Origin: Nitrospirota bacterium
Lineage (GTDB): Bacteria > Nitrospirota > Thermodesulfovibrionia > Thermodesulfovibrionales > SM23-35
Direction: 5' to 3'
DNA: 64,000 bases
Assembly: GCA_963796125.1 (NCBI GenBank)
Contig: CAWCKM010000052.1
Span: forward strand, 238-64,237
Part shown: positions 1-10,473 of the stretch, one piece after another
How the letters are laid out: every line of letters begins with the position of its first letter
How positions within the stretch are numbered: position 1 is the first letter of the stretch
Notes under the pieces: generated by a model
Databases searched by the model: none
Told to the model about the DNA's origin: nothing
Seen by the model: the letters and a program-made list of their open reading frames with translations, nothing else
Program-made: the position numbers and the translations under genes

Positions 1-2706
1 GCCGCAGCTCCTGCCGATACTCCTCGCCGGAGTAGGCGTCGCCCCGCTCGCCGGCCTCTTCGAAGAGCGCGGCGTCCTCACGTGCAGCCGTTCGATCTCC
101 TCGCGGGTCTCCGTGAAGACGAGTCGGCGGCCTCCGACCCGGGAAGCACCTCGTCCTCCACGCCGATCGACCGGGCGGCCTGCGCGATCTTGCGCTGTAG
201 GCGCTCTTCAAGGCGGAGCAGCGCGTCGAGTTGCCGGTCGGGAAGAAGCAGCGCAGGAAGACGCGGTCGTGGGTGGCTGCCGATCCGGTCGATGCGACCG
301 TGCCGCTGCACGAGCCGCATCGGGTTCCAGGGCAGGTCGTAGTTGATGATGTGCCGGGCCTGCTGGAGGTTGACGCCCTCGGCGAGCACGTCGGTCGCGA
401 CCAGGATGTCGTAGCGGTCCTCGTCGCGCCCGACGGGGCGTCGGTGGTTCGGGGGCGAAGCCCCAGAGCACGTCCGTCTTGTCTGCCCTCGACGCCGGTG
501 ACCGGGCGCAGCCGGCCGCGGTAGCGGACAAGGTCCGGGTCGTCGCTCAGCATGCCGTGCTCCAGGTACGTCGCGGATCCAGTCGACCGTGTCGGCGTAG
601 TAGGTGAAGATGATCACCTTTCGCGTTGTCGCCGACGTGTCTCCGAGCCGATCCCCTCCTCGCGGGCCTCGGCGGCGATCTCGCGAGCTCCTCGGCCAGC
701 GCGGCGCAGCTTCGGGTCGTCGTTGTGCCGGTCGACCTCGCCGGCCTCGGCTGCGAAGCGCGAAGCAGGTCCCGGTCGGCCTCCACGTCGGCCCGCAGCG
801 CCTCCACGTCGTAGGCGCGATGCGCCGTCGAGCGTTTCACCGGTGCAGCGTCGATCCGAGCGCGTCGAGCTCGTCGGAGTCGGTGCGCATCCACTCGGCC
901 AGGGCCTGTCCCGGTGACCACCAGCCCTCGTGTCGAGAAGATCCAGGAAGGCGTCGTGGCTGTCGGCCATCCGCCGGCAGGTGAGGGCGAAGGCGTACGG
1001 AGACGACTCGAACCGCTTCAGGAGCCCCGAGCGCAGCAGGCCGGCGAGCTGCAGATCTCGTAGGCCTCTGACTCTCGGCCAGTGCGCAGGTACTGCGAGG
1101 GCGCGTAGCGGGCGAGGCTCAGGACCGGCGCTCGGCGAGCCTCGGTGCCTCGTGGTCGCACTCGTCCTCGCCGCAGTCCAGGGCGTGGGCGAACCGGTCG
1201 AAGAAGCCCGGCAGCAGCGCCTCGAGGTCGTAGGCGACCCGCGTGCACCACGTGGCTTCGGGAAACGTGATCGCGACCTCGTCGCCGTCGACCATGACGT
1301 GGTCGTTGCGGGTAGTACTGCTTCACGAAGTGGCGGGTGCGGCGCACGGCGACCGCATCGAGGATGTCGAAGAGCTTGTCCGGTGAGAGGTCGTCGGGGT
1401 CGAGGGCCATCGCCTCGGCGAAGTGGTCCCGCAGCGAGCGGATGCCCGGCGTCGGCGAAGGCGGCGTCGTTGCGGATGAAGTAGCCGAGCAGGTAGTAGA
1501 GGTCCCAGAGGCTGTTGTTGACCGGGGTCGCGGTGAGCAGGACGAGGTCCTTGGGCGGCGTGCCCTCGAGCAGCCGGCGCAGGACCCCGGCCCGCTGGGT
1601 GTCCGGGTTGCGGTAGGCCTGCGCCTCGTCGATGACCACCATGGCGTACTCGTCCATGTCGAAGCGCGAGGTGGTCGCCGTCCCCGTCCGGGTTGAGCTG
1701 CCGGTCGTCGGAGAGCTCCTCGTAGGAGACGCACTCGACCCCGAGCTGGTGGCGCAGTCGAGGAAGTGCGCGCCACGGGCCGTCGCGCAGCGCGGCGGGG
1801 CTGACGAGCAGCACGCGCTGGCGGCGCTCCTGCACCGCCTCGCGGATCAGCTCCCCGGCGATGAAGGTCTTGCCCAGGCCGACGCCGTCGGCGACCAGCA
1901 CGCCGTGGTGCTCGGTCGAGGATGCGCTGCGCCCGCCAGACGCCGTCCTGCTGGAAGGTGGTCAGGTGGATGCCGATCGCCGCCTCCGGCTTCCTCCTCC
2001 ACCTCGGCGCCGTACCGCTCGTAGAGCATGCGCAGGTAGATCAGGTAGGGGTTGTGCGGCTCGTAGCGGGCCTCGTAGATGGCCGGCGAGGTCGAAGGGC
2101 GCCGACGCGCTCCCACACGTCGTCGAACCACGCCGCGCACCTGCCGACGACCTGCGGCTGGTACTGCCCCAGGTTCAGCTCGTTGTTGATGGCGAGCCCG
2201 GCGTAGGTGAGGTTCGACGAGCCCGACGATGGCGCCCTCGTCGTTGGTGGTCACGAGGAAGCGTCTTGCCGTGGAGGAAGCCGTCCTCGTAGCGGCGCAC
2301 CTCGACCGCCGTCCGAGCGCGAGCCACGCGATCAGGCGTGCGGCCAGCGCCGTCCGCCTCGAGCGTGAAGCCGAGCAGGTCACGGTCCCGCTCCAGCGTC
2401 CGAGTGTGACCCTCCAGCGCGCCGACGCAGCCGAGCCGCGCTCGATCTCGCTGCGGGTCCGCTCGTCGGGTCGAGGTGGCGGAGCTCGCGCTCGGGCCCA
2501 TCCGGCTCGCGCCCAGCACCAGGCGCACGCTGCGCCACCGTCTCGAGCTCGTCGGCGAGCAGGCCGAAGCCGCCGGGTTGAAGTAGGCGGTGGAGATGGC
2601 CAGCTCGAACGGCTTGGCCCGGCTCGCAAGCAGGAAGCTCGAGATGGCCGTTGATGGCGTCGGCGACGGTCTCGCCGGCACGGTTGACGAGGAACTCGGG
2701 CTTCAT
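1..2706 (-). pseudogene. PLD(HKD)-nuclease domain fused to an SNF2-family helicase. The 3' end runs off the window and the reading frame is broken at least 5 times.
   Basis: Minus-strand pieces: 2175-2681 (AISTAYFNP, FLHGKT HKD-like); 1323-1901 (ADGVGLGKT, motif I); 614-1657 (VVIDEAQAYRN motif II, LLTATPVNN motif III); 78-617 (ATDVLAEGVNLQ, QRHGRIDRIGS motif VI). Positions 1-77 continue in another frame (DAALFEEAGERGDAYSGEEYRQELR). ATG at 2706-2704 is preceded by GAGG. Confidence 0.75.
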
Positions 2707-5700
2707 GCCAGCGACCTCAGCGGTGGAAGTGCTCAGCACGGCATCCAGGCGGGGCTCGTAGTCCCAGCCCACGTGGAAGGTCTCGAAGATCACCCGCACG
2801 TCGGCCTCGTCAAGGCCGTAGAGCAGGGCCACGGCGGCGTCGAGCTCGGCGATCAGGTCGTCCTTCTCCGTCCGGGTCGTCGACGCTCGCCACTGGCACG
2901 CCGACCGCCGTCGCCCAGTCGGCGTAGCGGTCGTCGACGGCCGCCAGACGGCCAGCAACTGTCTCGACCAGCTCGACGGCCAGGGGCTGTCAGCTGCGAC
3001 GGGACTGGGATTGGGAAGCCGTTCAGCAATGTGAAGGTTCAGGTGTAGTCTCGACGAAGCGCCGGGCGTACCAGTCGAGGGGGATCGAGCACAAGCACGC
3101 CGAGGAGAACGCTTCGTGCGCGGTGCAGTCCGCCCAGCGAACAGAAGATAGGGCGCCTTGTGGTTGACAACCACGTCGGGGGGCACGAGAGCGCGATCGA
3201 CGGTGCGACTGTCGGTCGAGCCCGGGCTGACATCGCGGTAAGGCAGATCCGCGGGGCGCGGCACGGCAGCGTGCTGGGGTCTGCAAGCGACCTCGCGGGC
3301 AACCCGCAGAAGGCCGAACTGGCTGTGCTGCTCCTGCTGCAAGCCGCTTCTCCTGCAGGTACCGTGGCAATGTGCGACCGGCTCAGCCCAGGCGTAGTAC
3401 TCGCCGGTGTCCGGATCCCACAGGTCGAAGGACGCCCCCTTGTAGACAGGCCACAGGCCGTCCGTGGACCTCGGGTCGAGAATCATGTGGTCCTTGTCGT
3501 TGGTGGCGTTCAGGTCGCTTGGACGGGCCGCGCGCCCACGGGTCGCTCGTGGAGTCGAACCGGGATGCCGCCGCAGCTTCAGGAACACCTCGGCCGCCTC
3601 CGGCGTCGGGAGTCAGCGGGAAGGCGGCGCCCGTGGACCAGGTCACGAACTCCGGCCACCGGGAACTCGACGGGCTGTCTCGAGCGCCCGGCAGGTACGG
3701 ATGGCGCGTCACCGGAACGGGCCACGATGTGCGACCAGGCCGCACATGCTCGGCGCCCTCTGCGGATCGACGACCAGCCCGATCGTGTACTGGGGCTGGA
3801 CGTCGTCGAAGACCCACTGCCGGTTGTTCAGCAGCAGGGTCACGTCTTCGAAGGCCCCTCGTCCAGCACTGTCTCGCGCCACGGTAGCGCTCCCCGCTGC
3901 CGAGAGGGCCGACCGGGGAAGCACGACACCGATCCGCCCCGCCCTCGCCGACCAGGTGCCAGAAGCGCCAGCAGAACGCCTTGTAGAGATCGGGATCACC
4001 TGTGCCCAGGCCGGGTATAGGGCCCCGTGAGAACCGGCCTCATGCGTCTCAGCCGCTTGCCACCTCCCGTTCGTACTCGGCGACGAGGTCGGGCGTGCCG
4101 GCTCTGAGGCGTGATCGAGCGCGTTCATGCTCTGCCGACGGAAGCGCTCTTCAGCCCGGGAAGCGCAGGGCCCAGAAGCCAGCTCCTCGACATGCAGCTT
4201 CTCCCACGGCGGGTTCCCGACGATGCAGTCGAAGCCCGGCCCGGCGCGCAGGAACACCTCGGGAACGCGACCGGGAAGTGGAGGGCCGTTGAGGCTGCCA
4301 GCCAGCTCCTCGATGCGGCGGCATGGCCGGTCCGGGTCGATCTCGGGCTACCTCGGCCGAGATGTCGATCAGCGGCTCGACCTCGCCGAGCGGGCGGCGA
4401 CCCGAGGTCGAAGAGTAGCGCGGCAGGCTTCGACCGCGTCTCGGGCCGCCTCGGCTGCGCCTCTCGGGCCTCCGTCAATCTCGGCGGCGGTGGCGTCGGA
4501 GATGCGGCCCAGCCGCTCAGGCGGCTCCGGGCCTGCCCAGTTGAGCGGCTCCACGATCTGGTCGCGGGCCAGCGAGAGTCGTCTCCGGCGGGCTTGCTTG
4601 CCCTCCAGCGACTGCCGCCGGCCTCGTCGACGAGTGCCGATGCCCGGTGAGGCTGTTGCCCCAGACCAGGGTGTGGTCGAGGAAGCGCAGAGCGGCAGAG
4701 CCGGGACGAAGGTGTGGATCCAGAGGGCGAGGCGGGCCAGCTCGACGGCGATCGGGTTCAGGTCGACGCCGTAGATGCAGCGGCGGGCGATCTGTCGGCG
4801 CAGCAGGGCGGCCTGCTCGATCTCCGATCCCGGCGGCCAGCTCCCCGAGGCTGTCGAGCGGCGGTCTTGCGCAGCCGCTGCAGCTCGTCGGCGACCCCCG
4901 GGAGCGGGTGCTGGGCCAGGAAGGCGGAGAGGCGCGCCTCGATGTGGTCGACGGCGGCCACCAGGAAGTGGCCGGAGCCCATGGCGATGTCGGCGACCCG
5001 GAAGTCGAAGAAGCGCCTCGGCGGCGGCGTGCCTCGTCCCCGGCGTCGAGCAGCGCCGGCAGCCGGGCGAGGTGGTCGTCGAGCGCCGGCTCCAGGGCGT
5101 GGTCGAGCAGGTGCTCGACGGCGAACGGCTTGGTGAAGTAGGAGCCGGTGGCCTTGCGGGCGCCCGGAGCGGTTGTGCAGGTAGACCGCGCCTGCGGCGC
5201 ACGACGACGGCGTCGCCCTTCTCGGCCGGGATGTAGGTCGCCGTCCTTGTCCAGCGGTGAGGTCGGTCGTGGCGACCGAGCAGGCTCGGACTCGAGCAGA
5301 CCCTCGTAGATGGTGCCGAACTCGCGCACCGAGAGGCTGCGGAAGTCGACCGGCCCGTGCACCTCGCTCCGGCCTGAGATCGACGAGGAGCCGGCGAGCA
5401 GCGCCGGCCCGAACTCGGCGTTGGTCAGCGTCCAGCGCCGGCGATGCGGCCGCCGACCGGGCTGACCTCCGGGTCGGCGCTGAACGAGGCCGCCGTCGTA
5501 GGCGGGCACGCCCCAGTCGCGGTTGCCGTGGTCGACGGCCCGGACAGAGCTGCTGCACCTGATCCCAGTCCGAGGTGGCCGCCGGGTCCGAGGTGGAGCT
5601 GCCCCTCGTTGGCCAGGTCGGCCAGCTCCTGGGCCAGGGTCTTCAGGGCGTGGCGCCGGTAAGTCCCGTTCGGACCGGTAGGGCAGGAGTCCCTTGTCCT

Positions 5701-6691
5701 CGGCGTAGGCGATGAAGAGGAGCCGGAAGAGGATGACCAGGGCCGTCTCGTACAGGTGCGGCGCAGGTCGCTCGCCGGACCGGCGCTCCCGGCCGCGGTG
5801 CGGCGGCGACCGCCGTGGCCAGGGCGGGCACGACCTCGTTGTAGACGCGCTCCCGGAGCCGCTCGGCGAGGCCCGGTCGCCGCAGTCTCGAGACGCTCGA
5901 GGATCTGCTCGAAGCGTGCCCCCGGGAGCAGCGCCTCGGCGCCGAAGAGCAGCGGCAGATAGCCGGCCGGTCGTCGGGAAGCAAGGTCAGGTTGGCCTCG
6001 ACGAAGGTCTCGGCTCGGCCCTTCCGCCCCACCCCCGGTGCCGGGCCGCGTACACCCTGATCTGCGCACCCCGGGTCAGCACCACGTAGGGAAGCTGCTG
6101 CACGGTCGGCCAGCTCCAGGGCATGGGAGATCGGACTGGCCCCGCCGAAGCGGCCCGACAGGCCGTCGGGGGTCTCGTGCTCCTCCAGGAACACCGCCAC
6201 CGCCGCCCGGGTTCCCGCGCCCCGCACCCGCAGCACCGAGCGAGGACACGCCTAGGGTGTGATGTCGAAGCCGAGCGCCCGTACCAGCGCCTTCCCCTCA
6301 GGTGAAGGACCTCCGGCCCCGGGCAGCCGACCGCGCCCACCCGGCCAGAGCGGGCACCCCTCCCGCAGCTAGTGGGTGGAAGAACATGCCCGAGTTGCTG
6401 GACGCCGGGGAGCTCCGGCGCTCCACCTCGACCAGGGCGTCGTGATGAACGCTGATGGCGCTGATGACGGATCAGGCTCGCCGAGGGCCGCCCGGGCCGT
6501 CCGCTCCCTCTGGCCCCGGTCGGCATCCACCACCAGCGGGGTCCTCACCGAGCGGGCCACACAACGCCACCCGTCGCCAGGGGCGGTCCCGTACAGCACC
6601 ACCAGCAGCAGCGGGGCAGGCCGGTTCCCCGACGGCGCTTCCACAGGTGGCGCACCTCACTCACATTCGGGCGGGAGCCGGTGGCGGCCAC
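2707..6691 (-). pseudogene. Very large N6-adenine DNA methyltransferase (type IIG / PglX / DrmMI-like architecture), multiply frameshifted.
   Basis: Minus-strand pieces carry FDFRVADIAMGSGHFLVAAVDH (SAM motif I, about 4959-4992), CIYGVDLNPIAVELARLALWIH (about 4712-4775), CIVGNPPWEKL (catalytic NPPW, about 4198-4230), and an N-terminal ILFRLLFIAYAEDKGLLPY-type helix (about 5690-5750). The C-terminal region lies in 2380-3588. Candidate GTG start at 6691 with GAGG 5 nt upstream. Confidence 0.7.
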
Positions 6692-6775
6692 CGCCACCTC
6701 GACGGGCAGGAAGTTTCAAATGGGGTCCCCTCACATAAGAGTCCAGACCTATCAAGGATGAGGCCACAACAGTCT

Positions 6776-7597
6776 CTAAGAGATCGGGTTGCGTAAAGTT
6801 GTCGGCAATGACCAGCATTGGGCTATTTTGTATGCATCCTTCAAGAGACCGCCAAGGCCAAGAGGGTCATCCGTGATCCAGTTTTTTCCTGTGCAAATCC
6901 TTGCAATATCGGCAATCTCCGCACTGAGGTCCGCCCCTGCTGATTGCCACGAATATTTGCGCGCAGTTACATGAAGCTCGCTGTATGTGATCAAACCATC
7001 GAGAGGATCATGCTGGCCCATGGATGTCACAAGGGGATATGAGAGGTCAATGCTCATCTTCCAGTAAATGCGCTTTTGCCCTCCGCCTTTTGGACTGTAG
7101 GTAAACCTGGCATGGGCCGTCTTTGCAAGCTCTATCGCCCACTTGTTGTAGGTTGGATCCCTTGTGACCTGGCTCATACGATTGAGGGCATGCATCCATT
7201 GAGTCAGGTAATGATAATACTGCCCGTCCCGGTCCCATTCCAACTGCTCATCAAAGGGGTCCTCCGGCCTCCGTTCATTCATCTCTTTGCCGATCCTCAG
7301 ACCGCCTATTGTAGGATGTCTCGCGCCCTCCTGCTCATCGAGGCCGCTGATCCAGCCGGAACGTAAATCGTCAGCACGGTGCCGGCCAAGTACGGCATGC
7401 ACCTGATCAACGAGGAGAGAGGCCAGATGTTTGTAATGCTCGTCGCTCGTTTGACTATAAAGCTCAAGGAAGTTGCATACGGCAAAGGCGTCAGTCCATA
7501 AGTATCTCTGGGGAGAGGGGCTGGCCGGTGAGAGTCTGGTCAACACGGCATATTCCATCATAATTTCACTGACCAAAGGGGTTCTCAGCACGATCAT
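6776..7597 (-). CDS. Conserved hypothetical protein. The C-terminus may be clipped by the compositional junction.
   Basis: Uninterrupted 273-aa ORF with ordinary globular composition (YLWTDAFAVCNFLELY, DRDGQYYHYLTQWMHAL). I recognise no family. Confidence 0.5.
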   Translation of the reverse strand: MIVLRTPLVSEIMMEYAVLTRLSPASPSPQRYLWTDAFAVCNFLELYSQTSDEHYKHLASLLVDQVHAVLGRHRADDLRSGWISGLDEQEGARHPTIGGLRIGKEMNERRPEDPFDEQLEWDRDGQYYHYLTQWMHALNRMSQVTRDPTYNKWAIELAKTAHARFTYSPKGGGQKRIYWKMSIDLSYPLVTSMGQHDPLDGLITYSELHVTARKYSWQSAGADLSAEIADIARICTGKNWITDDPLGLGGLLKDAYKIAQCWSLPTTLRNPIS

Positions 7598-7715
7598 TCA
7601 ATCCCTAACATTTATTCCCACCCTCATGCGCCTTCATACCGATTACCACGAAACCCCGATACCTGTCAACCATGGAAAAAGAGGTGGGAATATTCTTCGC
7701 TTCAAAAGTGAGCCG

Positions 7716-9374
7716 TCACCTATTGCTCTCCCGCGGCTTTTCCCGCACCACTTCGCGGGCGGGTTTATCCTCACGCAGCCGCAAAAAAACGGGCTGCCTC
7801 ATGACGCCCTCATCGGTCCAGCCGTGAAAAATAACTTCGCAGACCAGTTCCGGCTTTACCCATGTGACCGGGGTATTGGTCTTCGGCTTTACTTTAAAGG
7901 GGCATTCTTTCTGGATCAGGGGATCCAATTTTTCGCGGATTTCCTTTAGATTTTTCGACCCGAATCCGCCTCCCGAATGGCCGATGTAAATCAACTCGTC
8001 CCCTTCGAATGCGCCTAAGACAAGGCTGCCGAAATATTTTCTGCCTCCTCTCGGTTCTGTGAATCCAGCGATCACGCCCTCCTGCGTGAGCCGCGTCTTC
8101 ACCTTCAGCCACTGCCGGCTCCTTCTGCCCATCCGGTACGCGCTCTGAGAATGTTTTGCCATGATCCCCTCGAGTCCCTTTTCTTTGACGACATTGAAAA
8201 ACAAGACGCCCTCTTTCGATACGTGATCGCTGAATTTTATTTTCGGGGAAGATGGGAGAATCTTTTTCAGGAGTTCTTTTCTCCTGAGCAGGGACAGGTT
8301 CGTCAGATCATGTCCCTGGAAGTACAGGAGATCAAAGACATAGTAGAGCAAATGACCGCTTCCGGATTTTTGGTAATTCTGCATCATCTGGAAATCAGGA
8401 TGTCCCTGATCATCCACTACAACAATTTCGCCGTCCAGGACAGCCTCAAATCTGAATTTCCCCAACGACTCCACAATAGGGGAAAACTTTTTGTTTAACG
8501 AGATATGGTTTCGGGAATAAAGCGAAACGCCTTCGTCCCGGATTTCGGCAATTGCACGGTATCCGTCCCATTTCACCTCAAAGATCCAATCCGGATGATC
8601 AAACGGTTCTTTGACCAGGGTGGCGAGCATCGGTTTTATGTTGAGCGGCATCGGTTTAACCGGCGCGTCCTTCAGGTCTTTGCTTTCCATCGCTTCCCGA
8701 AGACGGATTTGGTTTATTTTTTGTCTGGAAGATTTCTCCGGTTTGGCTTCGAAAACTTCCTCAAGAGTCTTATTGGAAACTACGGAACGACTCTCCTTGA
8801 GAATGTCCTCTGTGATTGCATATCGATCTTTTTTCTTCAAGAGAAGCCACGACTTCTCGTCCATTCGCGTTTTTACCAGCGCGAATTCACCCTGAAGCTT
8901 TTCTCCCTCGAGGATAAATTTCATATTCCCTTTTCTTAATCCGTCCAGAAGGAGTTTCTCGCTTTCTTTTCTATCTCTTGTGGAAGGGTGATGATAAAAG
9001 CCCCTGTCCCAGATGATAACGCTTCCTGCGCCGTAATTGCCCTCCGGAATAACTCCCTCAAAATCTTTGTAATCAAGCGGATGGTCTTCAACCATAATGG
9101 CCAGCCTTTTCAAGGAAGGATTCAGCGAGGGCCCCTTCGGCACGGCCCAGCTCTTAAGTACACCTTTTAGCTCCAGCCTGAGATCATAATGGAGCGCCCG
9201 GGCCGCGTGCTTATGAATAACAAAAATGAGATGTTCCTTCTGCACGTAGGGGGACAGTCCCGATTCTACGACTTCGCTTCGCTCCGTCCGTAAATCCGGG
9301 ACAGTCCCCTCGCCTGGTTTCGGTTCGGGCGTTTTTCCGAATTTCCGTTTAGATTTGTATTCTCTTAGTCCCAT
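7716..9374 (-). CDS. ligD: ATP-dependent DNA ligase LigD with phosphoesterase and ligase domains.
   Basis: N-terminal IHKHAARALHYDLRLE...WAVPKGPS matches the LigD 3'-phosphoesterase signature. EVKWDGYRAIA carries the KxDG adenylation motif. Last gene of the Ku operon. Confidence 0.9.
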   Translation of the reverse strand: MGLREYKSKRKFGKTPEPKPGEGTVPDLRTERSEVVESGLSPYVQKEHLIFVIHKHAARALHYDLRLELKGVLKSWAVPKGPSLNPSLKRLAIMVEDHPLDYKDFEGVIPEGNYGAGSVIIWDRGFYHHPSTRDRKESEKLLLDGLRKGNMKFILEGEKLQGEFALVKTRMDEKSWLLLKKKDRYAITEDILKESRSVVSNKTLEEVFEAKPEKSSRQKINQIRLREAMESKDLKDAPVKPMPLNIKPMLATLVKEPFDHPDWIFEVKWDGYRAIAEIRDEGVSLYSRNHISLNKKFSPIVESLGKFRFEAVLDGEIVVVDDQGHPDFQMMQNYQKSGSGHLLYYVFDLLYFQGHDLTNLSLLRRKELLKKILPSSPKIKFSDHVSKEGVLFFNVVKEKGLEGIMAKHSQSAYRMGRRSRQWLKVKTRLTQEGVIAGFTEPRGGRKYFGSLVLGAFEGDELIYIGHSGGGFGSKNLKEIREKLDPLIQKECPFKVKPKTNTPVTWVKPELVCEVIFHGWTDEGVMRQPVFLRLREDKPAREVVREKPRESNR

Positions 9375-9567
9375 GGATGCTCAGAATAGTATGACCATCA
9401 TAACCTTATATTCCGTCTTATAGGCGGAATAAGACATCATGACCTGCACCCTCATGCTTCCAAGAGGAGCGGGGTATATAGTTCCCTCCTCTTAGGATAG
9501 GAGGCAGTGAAGAGGGATTCCTGATCAGGACTGCAGTGACGACTTAGAGTATACACTAAATATTCCG

Positions 9568-10473
9568 TCATAAGTGAGGGAGCTTCTGTTTTTTCACGAT
9601 TACCTCTTGAAAAAGGTCGCCTTTTTTTTCGGCCCTGCTTACGGCTTCCGAATGCATGACCTGCAGCTTTTCCGGGTCACCAAGCCCGGCTAAATTCTCT
9701 AGTTCCTTCCATACAAGGGGAAACGAAACGATCGGTTTTTCACGGGCCCGCAAGGAATAAACGCAGATCATCGTCTTTGAAGAGTCGTTTTGAGACCAGT
9801 TGATAAAAACCTTTGCTTTCCGGTATTCCTTCGCCATTTTTGCGGTCACCAGATCCGGATAATTTTTCTGCATGATTCCTGCCACGGCTTTTGAAAATTT
9901 CTTGGTATCCTCGAACGTCGTCTCTTTGCGGTTTAAGGGGACATATACATGGAGTCCTTTTTTGCCCGAGGTTTTTACATAGCTTGTAAGATGCAACTGG
10001 GAGAGCAGGTCCCGAAGTATCAGCGCCACACGGGCACAATTTAGAATGTTTGCCTGTTCCCCGGGGTCCAGATCAAAGACCATGAAATCGGGCGTTTCAG
10101 GGGAACTGACCCTGGCCAGAGGCAGATGGAGTTCAAGAGACGCAAGGTTCTCCACCCACATCAGCGTTTCCAGATCGTTGACCAGGCAGACCGTCATCCT
10201 CTCTCCATCATCCCGGCGGACCTCCGCCGTTTTCGCCCAGGCCGGACGGTGAGAAGGACAACGCTTCTCGAAAAAGAAATCCTTTTCCACTCCTTCGGGA
10301 TAGCGCTTTAAGGTCAATGCACGGTCTTTCAAATGGGGCAGGATGAACTTTGCAATCCGGCGGTAGTATTCCAGGATGTGGGCCTTCGTGAAACCATAGG
10401 AAGGATAGAGATCCTTTTCAAGGTTGGATAAAGAGAGTCTTCTCCCGGCGATCTCGACAACTTTTCGGCTCAC
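9568..10473 (-). CDS. Stand-alone LigD polymerase/primase domain protein (NHEJ PolDom).
   Basis: LSNLEKDLYPSYGFTKAHILEYYRRIAKFILPHLKDRALTLKRYPEGV...FFEKR is typical of LigD PolDom. The ATGA overlap with the upstream ku stop is 4 nt. Confidence 0.9.
   Translation of the reverse strand: MSRKVVEIAGRRLSLSNLEKDLYPSYGFTKAHILEYYRRIAKFILPHLKDRALTLKRYPEGVEKDFFFEKRCPSHRPAWAKTAEVRRDDGERMTVCLVNDLETLMWVENLASLELHLPLARVSSPETPDFMVFDLDPGEQANILNCARVALILRDLLSQLHLTSYVKTSGKKGLHVYVPLNRKETTFEDTKKFSKAVAGIMQKNYPDLVTAKMAKEYRKAKVFINWSQNDSSKTMICVYSLRAREKPIVSFPLVWKELENLAGLGDPEKLQVMHSEAVSRAEKKGDLFQEVIVKKQKLPHL

Noticed and set aside
82-6738. Dozens of 60-350 aa ORFs on both strands of the high-GC segment, for example 552-917 +, 930-1484 +, 3160-4020 + and 4111-4650 +.
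   Set aside because: They are Arg/Ala/Pro/Gly-rich translations with no motifs, and they overlap the motif-bearing minus-strand frames. Long antisense or off-frame ORFs are expected by chance at about 70% GC because stop codons are rare.
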